IMG/VR virus record: IMGVR_UViG_3300043077_000092
DNA: 64,000 bases
Origin: a virus
Taxonomy: Duplodnaviria > Caudoviricetes
Strand: one strand, 5' to 3'
Both the position numbers and the translations under genes were made by a program. The notes below the pieces were generated by a model. The model was not told the origin of the DNA. It saw only the letters and a list, made by a program, of their open reading frames with translations, and did not search any database. Shown here piece after piece: positions 37,987-48,901 of the stretch (positions within the stretch are counted from its first letter, which is position 1; each line of letters starts with the position of its first letter).

Positions 37987-40026
37987 TTATTTCACCTCCC
38001 TCATTCCTTCCAGCTCTTCGGTTGCACCTTCATAGCTTAAGAATAAGAGTTGGTTGATTGTAGTTGTATTAAGTACCAAGTTAAGGCATCCCTTGATAAC
38101 CTCAGTTTCAACCTTTACCGGATGGATAATGCCGTCGTCTAACTGACTGGTAATCAAGTTCCAAGGTTTGTTTTCATTCAAGCAGTAAACGATGAGAGCA
38201 TTTGTATATGTATCCCCATCGGCTACAATGCAGGAACTGTTGGAACTACTTGGTGTTAAGGACATAACCTCATTCACCTTATCGGAAATCTCCTGTATGT
38301 TTTTATTCATTTCCTCTGTAATCTCATAAAGAGATTTTACGGTTCCGGGGTAATTCTTGATGTCAATGTCATTGACTACTCCGTCAGGATAACGGTTGTT
38401 TAACATAATCTCCCAAGTATTTACGAAACCATCATAGATGATTCCAAGAATATCCTCAGTGAGTTTTACGTCAATACCTTTCTCCTCTTCCGGATTCCAT
38501 TCCCCGTTTTTGATCTTGTCAAGAAGCTTATTGATCGTTGAAGGAATTGCAATTCCACCGCCCAGTACAACGCCATCTGTATATGCATTTGCACATGCAT
38601 TGATGGCATCATCTAAGGCATCTCTCTTCGCCTTTAAGTTACCTTCTCCGAATCCGCCGACATGAATGATACCCATCTTCAAACGAAGTTTGCCAAGACG
38701 AATAGTCTTGAGTCTGATTTCGTCAGTGAACATGCTTTTTGCATTCATATCTTTTCTTGCCTTATTGATTTCGCCCTGAATAGCATTCATACGCTCTTCC
38801 AAAGCTTTGCTACCCTCAATATCTCCAAATCCGGAAACAATTAAGAGTTTGCTGTCAACCGATAATGAATCGCAGATACCTAAGTAATCTGTAATATCAG
38901 TGATGAACTTATCACCTGCTCCCTGAACAAGTGTATTCCATTCCTTTAAGTCCTTATTGAACTCAGCATCGTTCTTATAATCCTGACGATTTGGTTTTGG
39001 AGCCTTTGAGTTCTGAACGAATGTCCGGATAATATCTTCCGCCTCACTATGCTCTCTTGAGATAATGGTTCCACCTGTAAGGAAACTCAAATCAATGAGC
39101 ATTTCCTTCTCGATGTTATACTCCGCAAAGTATTTAACCATAACGAGATTCGGAAGAGGCTGATTTCTCTTTGACATCTGGATACAAAGAGCATTGTATG
39201 CATCTCTGAAATCCTTCTCGAAGTCCGGTGCTAATATAACAAGCTCTCTACCAAGCTTAATGTTAAGCATAGCAGACGCTGTAAGCAATGGTTCGAATAA
39301 GCTTGCATTTACCGTATAGGAGAAAATCAATATCGCTGGGTTATCCATTGTATATCTCTTATCTCCAAGGTTATTTACCTTAAACTCACTCAAGAGTTTT
39401 GCAGGGTAATCATAACCGTCACGGTATTCTACGAAGCTGCTTTCCGTACCGGAATTCTGTACACGGATAACCGTGTTTCCTGTGTTCTTATAGATATCAC
39501 GTATGAAACCTGCATACTCTTTATCCCAGTCAAGAGATACGCAAGCAATCTTATAGATAATATCTTCCATATTCTCTTCTGTTACCTGAGTTGCTGAAGC
39601 CTTTAACTCCTCGCAGATTTTCTCTACGCAATACTGAATTGTAGAAGAAAGAAATTTGTTGTGAATTTTATTCTCCTGCTTGTAATCCATGATCAGATTG
39701 TTAATTTCGTTAGCCGCAATGAGTCCAGTGGTAGTTCCATCACCAGCACCGGAGTTAATTGCCGTCGATACATCAATGATCATCTTTCGGATGATACTTG
39801 CAAGCACGCTCTTTGAATAAACAATGCTCTGCTCAACTGACCATCCATCTTTGGTGGTTAGAATCTTGCCACCTTCCTGATACGCTGTATTCTCACCAAA
39901 GGGTCCATATGTTCTCGATACATACTTTGCCATCTGAGAAAATACAGTCCTAGTCAATTCATGTAATTCGTCCCCATCAATTACATTTGGTTGTAAATTG
40001 ATTGTGGGTCTGATATCGTTGCTCAT
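37987..40026 (-). CDS. groEL: Phage GroEL-like chaperonin
   Basis: TYGPFG, TKDG, AGDGTTT, IHVGG, DDAINA, LGGG; AACA-N6-TA at 40053-40064. Confidence 0.93.
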   Translation of the reverse strand: MSNDIRPTINLQPNVIDGDELHELTRTVFSQMAKYVSRTYGPFGENTAYQEGGKILTTKDGWSVEQSIVYSKSVLASIIRKMIIDVSTAINSGAGDGTTTGLIAANEINNLIMDYKQENKIHNKFLSSTIQYCVEKICEELKASATQVTEENMEDIIYKIACVSLDWDKEYAGFIRDIYKNTGNTVIRVQNSGTESSFVEYRDGYDYPAKLLSEFKVNNLGDKRYTMDNPAILIFSYTVNASLFEPLLTASAMLNIKLGRELVILAPDFEKDFRDAYNALCIQMSKRNQPLPNLVMVKYFAEYNIEKEMLIDLSFLTGGTIISREHSEAEDIIRTFVQNSKAPKPNRQDYKNDAEFNKDLKEWNTLVQGAGDKFITDITDYLGICDSLSVDSKLLIVSGFGDIEGSKALEERMNAIQGEINKARKDMNAKSMFTDEIRLKTIRLGKLRLKMGIIHVGGFGEGNLKAKRDALDDAINACANAYTDGVVLGGGIAIPSTINKLLDKIKNGEWNPEEEKGIDVKLTEDILGIIYDGFVNTWEIMLNNRYPDGVVNDIDIKNYPGTVKSLYEITEEMNKNIQEISDKVNEVMSLTPSSSNSSCIVADGDTYTNALIVYCLNENKPWNLITSQLDDGIIHPVKVETEVIKGCLNLVLNTTTINQLLFLSYEGATEELEGMREVK

Positions 40027-40085
40027 GACACATATTCCTCCTTGTTTTTAGTTACCACTTTGTTACCTACAGCATTGGTTATTAG

Positions 40086-40850
40086 CTAAATAGGTACAGA
40101 GATTGTATTAATAGCCAAATTGAACTTTTCTACATAGACTTTATCTTCGTCTGATAATGCAAGTCGATGATAAGTAACCTGTTCAATCATCTTATCAAGA
40201 TCGGTTCTATCTTCTACCATATTAAAATCATAAGTTGGAATAAGAACTTCTGTTAAAGATGAATGGTGTGCTCTTATTAATTCATCAACATCTCTTACGT
40301 TTTCAAATACGTAAGAATCTACAATTGGTAATACTTCTTTATTCTTTTTACCGACGACTATCTTAACTTTATCAGCACCATATCCAAAAAATGATTCTCT
40401 AAGGTTATCAAAGATAACTTCAGATTCAAATGGTACGTAAAAGTATATTGTCTTTAACTTCTCATCTTTCATAAGAAGTCTTAAGGTATTCCCGAACTCT
40501 GTTATCTGAATATAATGATCACAGATTGGTTCTGATAATAAGTTTGCGTATAATTGATTAATGTAAGCATCATACAGATAGCTTGCATTTGTACTGAGGA
40601 ATAATTCCTTATCAATCCAGTCTTCAAGAATATTTTGATGTTTTTTTCCAGACAGTTCATGTACTAACCAAGTATCATTCTCAGGAGAATCTTCTACAGC
40701 AGGAAATCTCTCGTTAAAAAAACAATAAAGACTCTCATCGTTCTTCATTCTTTCTTTTAATTCGTGATACAAGAAGAGATCGGTATATAGTACGACATTA
40801 GTCACGTCTATAAAAAAAGAAGCTCTTTTGTATAAAGTTTTCTGTTGCAT
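40086..40850 (-). CDS. Hypothetical protein (possible degenerate HAD fold)
   Basis: FFIDVTNVVL N-terminal strand only. Confidence 0.6.
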   Translation of the reverse strand: MQQKTLYKRASFFIDVTNVVLYTDLFLYHELKERMKNDESLYCFFNERFPAVEDSPENDTWLVHELSGKKHQNILEDWIDKELFLSTNASYLYDAYINQLYANLLSEPICDHYIQITEFGNTLRLLMKDEKLKTIYFYVPFESEVIFDNLRESFFGYGADKVKIVVGKKNKEVLPIVDSYVFENVRDVDELIRAHHSSLTEVLIPTYDFNMVEDRTDLDKMIEQVTYHRLALSDEDKVYVEKFNLAINTISVPI

Positions 40851-40921
40851 AATAAATACCTTCTTTCTATAACAAATCTTAAGGCGGCTCTAATTTAATT
40901 AGATACCGCCTTAGGCACTTT

Positions 40922-41320
40922 TCATCTTTGAAATATCGTATAGGTCTTCGAAGATGAGGTATCGTCTAACCGTAAGATATATAATGTCATCCTGTTCTCG
41001 GTTTCATCACGGTACTGGATAAATGTAGATCTATCCGTAGCAGATACATCACAGTTAAACTTTTCCTTAATATAAGGTTTTGCAATCTTGTTTATCCAAT
41101 GTAAACTACTTACTACGGCTAATGCATCATTTATCGCAGCATCATCTCCGAATACAGGTCCTTCGTACTCTGGTACGTCAGGGAATCCATCTCTGATATT
41201 TTTCATTGTAGTCTCAATCATAAAATCAGCGGCATCCTTATACTTCTTGAATACCGACGGTGTGTATTCCCCTAATACGGTTGTATTTGTGACGATATAA
41301 ACTTCAGGTGTTCCAGCCAT
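40922..41320 (-). CDS. Hypothetical protein
   Basis: SD AGGAGG. Confidence 0.7.
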   Translation of the reverse strand: MAGTPEVYIVTNTTVLGEYTPSVFKKYKDAADFMIETTMKNIRDGFPDVPEYEGPVFGDDAAINDALAVVSSLHWINKIAKPYIKEKFNCDVSATDRSTFIQYRDETENRMTLYILRLDDTSSSKTYTIFQR

Positions 41321-41345
41321 TGTAGATTTCCTCCTAGGTATTTAA

Positions 41346-41765
41346 TTAACCATACATAACGATTCTACGATTTCTCACGACACCATTATTCTGGTTAAGA
41401 ATTACTCTAAACGCATTGATGAAGTCAGATACTCCACCGTATGCATCATAAGACGAGAACTTGTAGACGATAACAATTCCTGTATCATCACTTCTTACAG
41501 GTGGTACATCACCACGGATGCCGAACATATCCATTCTGTCAGCAAACTTTAACATATCCTCGTCATAGATAACATCAACATCACTCAACTGATAAGTTGA
41601 CCAAGTATTGTCAAGACGCATCTTTCTACTGAGGATATTATCAGTTACTTCTTTACGGATAACTCTTTCATCATCCTCGATTACCTGAGCCAATGTTGCA
41701 CCATCAATCTGTGATGCTCTCTGAAGAGTCTCTAAGAATTCTTTTACCTCGTTTGTAGCATTCAT
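41346..41765 (-). CDS. Hypothetical protein
   Basis: SD AGGAGGTG; TATATTA at 41797-41803. Confidence 0.7.
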   Translation of the reverse strand: MNATNEVKEFLETLQRASQIDGATLAQVIEDDERVIRKEVTDNILSRKMRLDNTWSTYQLSDVDVIYDEDMLKFADRMDMFGIRGDVPPVRSDDTGIVIVYKFSSYDAYGGVSDFINAFRVILNQNNGVVRNRRIVMYG

Positions 41766-41880
41766 TATTTTTCACCTCCTAATTAGTATACTTGATTAAT
41801 ATATAAAGCAAAGGGAGATTAGGGAAATCAATAATCCCCTAATCTCCCTTTATGGTTTTTCTTATGTGGAGTTGTATTTA

Positions 41881-42675
41881 CTACTGAGCACCTTCAAACT
41901 GAATGTTCAAGTCATCCAGTGAGGTAATCTGATCAGTCGGAGCGTTCATTGAACTTGAATCAAACAGTGATGTCTGACCAAATCTTGCCCCTGCTCTCTG
42001 AGCTGAATACGGAGTACTCATTTCTGCCCCAACCTTGTTTCCGATAGAGCGAATGTCTCCAATCAGCATATCCTTGTAAGATTTATCGACGGTTCTGTTG
42101 GCATGGTTAAATGCCTTAGAGCTACCATGGATGAAACTCTTTGTATCCTCAAGGAATAAGTAGAGTTCGTTCTCTGTAATAGTTCTTCCACCGAACTTTC
42201 CTGTAGAGTTGTCATAATCTTCGATTACTTCACCCTTACGGAATTCATAGACGATTTCATCCGAACTTTTTAAGGTCTGAGCATCGATGTTACGAATGAG
42301 CTTTGCATATGCAACAACTCCCTGCTTGTCATCTGCTCTTAAACCGATACCAAACTGATTAACTTCTGCCACTGGAACAGAGATAAATTTCTCCGTCTTG
42401 TTGGCTAAAGCAGGAAGAATCTTCTCCTCAATCTGATTCCAGAGATCGATGCACTTAGGTCTTGAGATACATGTAATCCAGCTATGCTGGTAATCGTATC
42501 TTCTCTTCTCTGTCTGTTCGTTTTCCGGTAACTCCGGTGTAATGATGAGCTTCAGCATATCTCCCTGATAGCTCCATTCAAATGCGGTTGCTTTGATTGC
42601 ATTTGAGTTAAAGGTGCGGTATCCACGGGTCTGTACTTCACGCACCTGTTCCTGATTATTTTGGTTTGTAGCCAT
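41881..42675 (-). CDS. Hypothetical protein, possible ssDNA-binding protein
   Basis: Directly downstream of the PolB gene, beta-rich core, acidic tail (SLDDLNIQFEGAQ); function speculative. Confidence 0.4.
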   Translation of the reverse strand: MATNQNNQEQVREVQTRGYRTFNSNAIKATAFEWSYQGDMLKLIITPELPENEQTEKRRYDYQHSWITCISRPKCIDLWNQIEEKILPALANKTEKFISVPVAEVNQFGIGLRADDKQGVVAYAKLIRNIDAQTLKSSDEIVYEFRKGEVIEDYDNSTGKFGGRTITENELYLFLEDTKSFIHGSSKAFNHANRTVDKSYKDMLIGDIRSIGNKVGAEMSTPYSAQRAGARFGQTSLFDSSSMNAPTDQITSLDDLNIQFEGAQ

Positions 42676-42737
42676 GATTGTTTTTATCCTCCTTCATGAA
42701 TTTTGTAATTCTGTGCAGTTTACCATAAAAACGTATA

Positions 42738-44702
42738 CTATACGTTTAGTATATTAGATGAGTATTCGTTATCACCTGCTGATATTGTTATAAAGGTTAA
42801 TGCTTTTAATACAGGATAGAATGTACCAGAGTTTCTAGTTACGATTCTTTCCTCATCAATTACAGGATAAACCCATTCAGGTATTTTACTGTCATCATTA
42901 GGTAAAGCCAAATAACTTACACCCTTTTGTTCAAATTGAGGTATTCCTCCATGGAATATATTCTTCCTTATTATATCTGCTTCCTTTGGGAAGTATGGAG
43001 CCAACTTTTCATCAAGTACCTTTTCATTAGGTATATTGATAAATACGACATCACATTTGTCAGGTACCATAATTACATTATCTGGGTTAATAAGGTTCCA
43101 TAATAAAGGACCTGTAAATGCTCCCTGAGAGTATGGGTCTTTGTAAGACTTTGCAACTTTACAATTCATACGAACCAAATAAGTTCTCTCACGGTTCTTA
43201 ATGGATTCTCTGATTTGTCTTTCCAATCTTGCAACGTCTGTCATAAGTTGAACGACATTGACCAATGGATCATCAATGATATCGTTCTTTATAATCTTCA
43301 TCAACTCTTTCTCTATATTAGCATTTACTCCAGCTTTTTTAAAGTCATGACCTTTAAGCTCAATCTTGTGAACCTGTTTTCCTTCTCTAAGACGGATGTC
43401 TGCAATATAACGCTTCTTTACGTTTGCAAGTAATACCTTCGGGAAGTAGAATTCATTCTTTGTATTAAGACGCTTATGGAATCTGGGTAATACGTTACAA
43501 TCATCTGCGTATCTATCAAGTAATTCTCTAGCCATTCTAGTTACTAAGTAAGCTAGAATGTTTACACTACAGAACTGCATATCTTCTTCTCCCATAGAAG
43601 AAACTGAATGATTCCATACATTATCCTTTGTCCAATCTACCCAAGGCTTAATGTTAATTACATTACTATCCGTATCAATAAGGATAACCCTTGTTCTTGG
43701 GTCATGTTTTAATCTGTCAATCTGCTCTGTATAAGCATGATTGTAGAATACAAATTCTCTACAGTAATCCCATATAAACTCCAAATCTTCTTTTATATTA
43801 TCGGGAATTTCATTTGGGTTTCTAAATGCAGTTGTTACATCATAGATGCGAATGAGTCTTGATTTAATCATATCATTTTCTACAAACGCAAATAGATTGT
43901 TTATATAATAGAGCCTAGTCAAATCTTCTACATCTCTATTTCTTAAGAGGTTTCTTATAGTAGGCTCATAGCTTTCTTTGTAATCAAGAAATTGACTCTT
44001 CCAGAGTTTATATACAATTTCAGGATCAGTAATCGGAGTTAATCCATTGATGGATAGATTTCTCTTATCCTTTACAAGAACATTTCCAACCAATGTGACT
44101 AATTCTCCTAGAGATTTGAATTTAACCGCATTATTCAAGAAGGCTTCGAATGCCATAGCGGTTGTTGAAATAAGGGACTGAGCAGTACCAGTTGTACTTG
44201 CCGCAGTATATACGTTATATAATTGGAATGTCTTTGCACCAAATGCTCCATAGATGGCATTAATCTTAACCTTAGCCTCCATCTGCATCATTTCATAATA
44301 CTGGTACTCATAAGATGTTGTATCTCCATTAGGACCGATGTAAGTATCTCTAATCTTCTGGTACTCTTTACGAGCAGCAATTCGTCCATCGATAACATTT
44401 TGAATTGGAGATTTCCTTATATCCTGATTATAGAAGAAAGTTCCATCACCAGCAGCGATTGGTCTATTTTTATAATACCAATCATATAACTTGAGTAAGT
44501 CAGTTTTAATTCGCATGTCATCCTGATAATCGTTATGCAAATATGCATTATGGATTTCCATATGCTCAGCAGCGATATCAGATAAAATACTTCTTAGCAC
44601 CTTTTCTTCTGCCTGAGGATATTGAAGTTTAAAGTATATTACGTTATCTTCAACCCAGTCATGAAAGAATCTCGATTGTGCTAATATAGTTTGGTCTATC
44701 AA
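42738..44702 (-). CDS. polB: Family B DNA polymerase, C-terminal part (motifs B, C, thumb)
   Basis: KVKINAIYGAFG, IDTDS, KKRY, ELKG; TTG start after AGGAGG; TATATTA 44787-93 and GACA-N6-TA 44725-36. Confidence 0.9.
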   Translation of the reverse strand: MIDQTILAQSRFFHDWVEDNVIYFKLQYPQAEEKVLRSILSDIAAEHMEIHNAYLHNDYQDDMRIKTDLLKLYDWYYKNRPIAAGDGTFFYNQDIRKSPIQNVIDGRIAARKEYQKIRDTYIGPNGDTTSYEYQYYEMMQMEAKVKINAIYGAFGAKTFQLYNVYTAASTTGTAQSLISTTAMAFEAFLNNAVKFKSLGELVTLVGNVLVKDKRNLSINGLTPITDPEIVYKLWKSQFLDYKESYEPTIRNLLRNRDVEDLTRLYYINNLFAFVENDMIKSRLIRIYDVTTAFRNPNEIPDNIKEDLEFIWDYCREFVFYNHAYTEQIDRLKHDPRTRVILIDTDSNVINIKPWVDWTKDNVWNHSVSSMGEEDMQFCSVNILAYLVTRMARELLDRYADDCNVLPRFHKRLNTKNEFYFPKVLLANVKKRYIADIRLREGKQVHKIELKGHDFKKAGVNANIEKELMKIIKNDIIDDPLVNVVQLMTDVARLERQIRESIKNRERTYLVRMNCKVAKSYKDPYSQGAFTGPLLWNLINPDNVIMVPDKCDVVFINIPNEKVLDEKLAPYFPKEADIIRKNIFHGGIPQFEQKGVSYLALPNDDSKIPEWVYPVIDEERIVTRNSGTFYPVLKALTFITISAGDNEYSSNILNV

Positions 44703-44877
44703 GTTACCACCTCCTATATATGATTAAACAGTTGTCAATTAGCTCATAAGATACCAAAGGTATAGTTAGCTTTATAGACTTTGGATTAATATATTTATCA
44801 GCATTTGGTTAAACTGCACCAATTGTCTGTCTCAACAAAATTGTAATGACTTTTTATCTCAAAGGAGGGACAGTTTT

Positions 44878-45486
44878 ATGGCTACTTTTGAAAGTGCAAA
44901 TACTGATACATCTACATCAGATAGTCAAGTAGTTACGGCACCTCTTAAATCACAAGCCGCTAATTCTGGATTACCCATCATGAGTATACCTGTGGTTGAA
45001 ATCGACGGGACACTATATCCAATTATTCTTACGAATATGGTATCTGGCGTTCTCCCAATTTCCAAAGGTGGTACAGGATTAACGTCTCTTGATGGTGGAA
45101 GGTTATTGGCTTCTAATGAAGACGGTACTTTATTGGAAGAGATCGATGTAAACGTACAATCTTTCGCTGGACTTCGTGGAAACATTGAAGATAGACTGAG
45201 TAAAACAAGGCGATATGTTGTAGATATCCCGACTTCTGGTTGGACAAAGAATCCTTCTGGTGATGGGTATTATCAATCTTTCGCTGTAGATGGAATGACT
45301 GGGTCTGACAATCCAGTTGTTGGATTAGTCTCATCTGCAACAACCGACGAGGCACTTAGATTGGAAAGAGTATCGTACGGGTACATGGATAGCATCATCA
45401 CCGATAAGAACAAAATTACGGTGTACTGTTTTACAGAGGTTCCAACGAACCCGTTTTCTATTAGTGTCAATTGCACTGGTGCTTAA
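44878..45486 (+). CDS. Tail-fibre-associated protein
   Basis: LPISKGGTG motif and C-terminal IPTSGW..YYQSFAVDG beta domain typical of phage fibre/baseplate proteins; AACA-N6-TA 44834-45. Confidence 0.55.
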   Translation: MATFESANTDTSTSDSQVVTAPLKSQAANSGLPIMSIPVVEIDGTLYPIILTNMVSGVLPISKGGTGLTSLDGGRLLASNEDGTLLEEIDVNVQSFAGLRGNIEDRLSKTRRYVVDIPTSGWTKNPSGDGYYQSFAVDGMTGSDNPVVGLVSSATTDEALRLERVSYGYMDSIITDKNKITVYCFTEVPTNPFSISVNCTGA

Positions 45487-45542
45487 ATAGAACGGCTATC
45501 AATTAACAAAACAATAAACTTTTAGAAAGGAGGTCAATAGCA

Positions 45543-46136
45543 ATGTCCAATCTCAGTAGTTTAATACAGGGTGAAGGAGTACAGCTCGGTGATACAACAT
45601 TCGAGAGTATGACTGAAACTGATATGGCGAATTTGCTTGCGATCGCAATCACAGAAGCTTGTGAAGAAGATGAAGTGGAGAAAGTGGTTGCAGAAGAACA
45701 GACTGGTGTATTGTTAGAGGGGGTTACTCCTGATGACGCACCGATTCTTGAAGTATCTATTGTACGTCTGGACAAGAAGGCTAAGAAGCAGAAAGCTTAC
45801 AAGTTAGCCATCTTACAGTGTGCAAAGGATGATGACAATAAGGATTACAAGAAGCTGGAGACAATCTGGCGTATGGAGAAGTTCCTTCTTCGTAAGCTTG
45901 AAAAGAAATATGCTGCCCGTGCAAGAAGCCGTATGAAGCAGACTGCAAACAAAGCAAATGGAAGTCATCCGGCAATCAAGAAAGCAAAGAATGTGCTGAC
46001 TCGTTCTCAGAAAGAGACCAAGAAGGCATTAGCTGGTGACACTAAGCCACCAACACAGGTAAAGTCGCAGTTTAATTCAATTGCGGCAAAGCTTTCTGGA
46101 AAAATCAACAATCAGGCTACACCGGCGAAGGTGTAA
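45543..46136 (+). CDS. Acidic-N/basic-C protein, possible internal head protein
   Basis: Acidic propeptide-like N-half with TFES, ITEA, LLEG, ILEV; Lys/Arg-rich C-half; AACA-N6-TA 45505-16. Confidence 0.5.
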   Translation: MSNLSSLIQGEGVQLGDTTFESMTETDMANLLAIAITEACEEDEVEKVVAEEQTGVLLEGVTPDDAPILEVSIVRLDKKAKKQKAYKLAILQCAKDDDNKDYKKLETIWRMEKFLLRKLEKKYAARARSRMKQTANKANGSHPAIKKAKNVLTRSQKETKKALAGDTKPPTQVKSQFNSIAAKLSGKINNQATPAKV

Positions 46137-46298
46137 AGTGATCAAATCGATCCCACTAGGAATGAATGAGAGACTTTTAGTTCCCTCATTCATTCTTTTA
46201 TTGATATATTAAGAAAATGGAATTGTGATAGGAATGTATGTGATTTTGTGACGTTTCTCACAAATCTATATAAGCATGAAAGCAAGGAGGTAAAAATC

Positions 46299-48590
46299 AT
46301 GATTCTAAAGGAAGGGTTAGAAATCTATGATGATTTCGACATCGACAAAATTGATGAAGGATTAACACCAGAGGCTAAAGAGATCATGAAAATGTTAGAC
46401 GACAAAATATTCGTCATTGATGATGTCATTGATGAGGGTATGCGTCTGGGAGATGAGAAACATGATCCCGAATATTATAAGGAGTTTTATCAGGACTTCT
46501 ATAACAAGTTAATCCTCAGTGAGCTTCACGGGTTTGAACATAAAGAATTCCGTGAGCATCCAGTTTATTTTAAGTTTCACAATGACCCAAATGAGGAATT
46601 GAAGCATTTGGAATTTCGGCACTTTGTGCTGAACTTAGCATTTTGGTATCCGATGGTCACAGCAGATCCATCCACTCTCTGTGATGAACATATCGTGACA
46701 AAGCCAATGATGCGTAAATTAAGTACGGGATTTATCGCAGCTTATATGAATAAGTATTATGCGAAACCGTATGCAAAGAAGATTGGTTATAGAACCAGAT
46801 CAGAAACATTCGCAGACACAAACTTTCTTCTTAATAAGATTCCATTAAAGTTCAATGACTTCATTGGATTATCTATTTCTATAGAAGAACTCCGTGATAT
46901 GTCAAGAAGAATGCCTGAGTTCAATGAAGGTCTGTATGTACGTATTGACGATACAAAGCAGCCTGCTGAACAGGAAGCCCAGAAGCATGAATTTGATAGA
47001 AAACAGATTGGTCTTATTGAGAATGATGAAGAACTTACGACTCTTAGAGCAATGGTTGGGGCAAAGGCTGTAAAGAATGCCCAGCTTGCAGAGTTCGTAT
47101 CAATTATCGGTAATAAGCCGAATGAAGATGGTGTTACGATTTCGACACCAATCAACAACAACTATACCACTGGTAACTTGGCATCTATTCCAAAGTATTA
47201 TATCAATAATATCTCTGGAAGAAAAGCGGCAGTAACAAACCATGAATTCATGGGTCCGGGTGGTTATGTATTAATCCTTGTCGCATTACTTAGTGCTCAG
47301 GTAAAATTGAGTAAGACAGTATGTGACTGCAAGACATGTAACCCAATCCCGCTTAAGATTCGTTCAAAGACTCATCTTAAAAATCTGAATGGTCGTAGAT
47401 ACAGATTCAATCAGGCTGATAAGTATAAAATCATCGACTTTGAGAAAGATGAAGATTTGATTGGGCAGGATGTATGGGTTCGTTCACCTATTACTTGTGC
47501 GGCACCCGATGGTGTATGTAGAGAATGTTATGGTGAACTCTATTATACGAACAAAGATCTGTATTCGGCTGGATGTTATGCAGCGTTTACCCAGATGAAC
47601 CCGATTGTTCAGGGTCTGTTATCTGCAAAGCATTTTCAGGGAACTTCATCAAAGATGATTGACTTTGGTGCAGACTTTGAGAAGTACTTTATTATCGCTA
47701 CGACGGATATCATTCTTAATCCTGATTTAGATGACATGGAACTTTATTCATTAGTCATCTTAGCAGATGATTTGGAATCTTCTGATTATAGTAGCGATGA
47801 TGACGATATCGAGAAGAATAAGAAGTTTGGTAACGGTAAGAAGAAAAAGAAGAAATCTGACGAAGAGGGATTTGATGATGACGACATGGGAGATTACACC
47901 GATGATGAGTTAGAGTATCGGTTAAATTACTATGTTCCAAAGTTCTATGTCGTGAAGAATCTCCATAGTAAGAAACGTGAGATTATGGATGTTACCGAAT
48001 TTATTGATCCAAATACGAAAGAATTATATATGCATGATGATTTACTTATGCGTATGACAGAAGGGTCTGTGGATTTGTTCGACCATAAGACCTATTATTA
48101 TCTTGACTTTGAAGATATCTCTTTAGAGGAGTTTGTATTTATGGTTGACGTTAAGAATAACGAATTGACCGCTCCAATGAAGAAGATACAGGCACTTATT
48201 CACAATCAGAACCATGCGGGTGCGACTTCTTATGAAGAGATGGCTCAGATGATGCTTGACCTTACAATTGAGTCTAAGATTGATGCCGCAGCGGTTCATG
48301 GTGATATGATTATTAGACAGTTAATTCGTAGGCCTATGGCTCAGCAGAGAAGACCGGACTTCTCAAGAATTGTAATGCCAGAGGATTACGTGATGTTGTC
48401 TGTACTTGTTGCTTTGAAACAAAATCCATCATTCTCAGTTTCTATGAGTGCATCATATCTGAAGTATCAGTTAGTTCAGCTTACAAGTACATTTGATAAG
48501 TATGAATCATCTGATCTGGATTGGTGGTATAAACGTAATCTTGAGATTGATGAGAATAAAGTGTATTACGGGGAAGAAAGTACAGACTGA
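46299..48590 (+). CDS. rpoC: Phage RNA polymerase beta' C-terminal subunit, probably non-virion RNAP
   Basis: Bridge helix GRKAAVTN..GGY, VRSPITC..VCRECYG Zn site, trigger loop QGLLSAKH; no NADFDGD; TATATTA 46205-11; start likely 46299 after AAGGAGG. Confidence 0.88.
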   Translation: MILKEGLEIYDDFDIDKIDEGLTPEAKEIMKMLDDKIFVIDDVIDEGMRLGDEKHDPEYYKEFYQDFYNKLILSELHGFEHKEFREHPVYFKFHNDPNEELKHLEFRHFVLNLAFWYPMVTADPSTLCDEHIVTKPMMRKLSTGFIAAYMNKYYAKPYAKKIGYRTRSETFADTNFLLNKIPLKFNDFIGLSISIEELRDMSRRMPEFNEGLYVRIDDTKQPAEQEAQKHEFDRKQIGLIENDEELTTLRAMVGAKAVKNAQLAEFVSIIGNKPNEDGVTISTPINNNYTTGNLASIPKYYINNISGRKAAVTNHEFMGPGGYVLILVALLSAQVKLSKTVCDCKTCNPIPLKIRSKTHLKNLNGRRYRFNQADKYKIIDFEKDEDLIGQDVWVRSPITCAAPDGVCRECYGELYYTNKDLYSAGCYAAFTQMNPIVQGLLSAKHFQGTSSKMIDFGADFEKYFIIATTDIILNPDLDDMELYSLVILADDLESSDYSSDDDDIEKNKKFGNGKKKKKKSDEEGFDDDDMGDYTDDELEYRLNYYVPKFYVVKNLHSKKREIMDVTEFIDPNTKELYMHDDLLMRMTEGSVDLFDHKTYYYLDFEDISLEEFVFMVDVKNNELTAPMKKIQALIHNQNHAGATSYEEMAQMMLDLTIESKIDAAAVHGDMIIRQLIRRPMAQQRRPDFSRIVMPEDYVMLSVLVALKQNPSFSVSMSASYLKYQLVQLTSTFDKYESSDLDWWYKRNLEIDENKVYYGEESTD

Positions 48591-48613
48591 AAAATATTAA
48601 GGAGGAAGTATTT

Positions 48614-48901
48614 ATGATTAACGTAACCGTAGATAGTGCATCGGAATTACTATGGATACAAGATATACTTAGTATTGGCACTATCAACTGCTGTGACCCT
48701 CATATTCTTCTGGAGTTGGGTTGTGATTTACATCAGACTGTTCACTTTGAAAAATCAGAGAATTTCGTTGATGATTTGACGGGTAAACTGAGTGCATTGT
48801 TGAACAAGCAATTGGGGGAACTAACCGAAGATAATATGAATTGGATGTCGAATGGAAGTTGCGGAGAAAAAGATAATAAAACGGAAGGGGTTGTAGTTTG
48901 A
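48614..48901 (+). CDS. Hypothetical protein
   Basis: SD AGGAGG. Confidence 0.65.
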   Translation: MINVTVDSASELLWIQDILSIGTINCCDPHILLELGCDLHQTVHFEKSENFVDDLTGKLSALLNKQLGELTEDNMNWMSNGSCGEKDNKTEGVVV

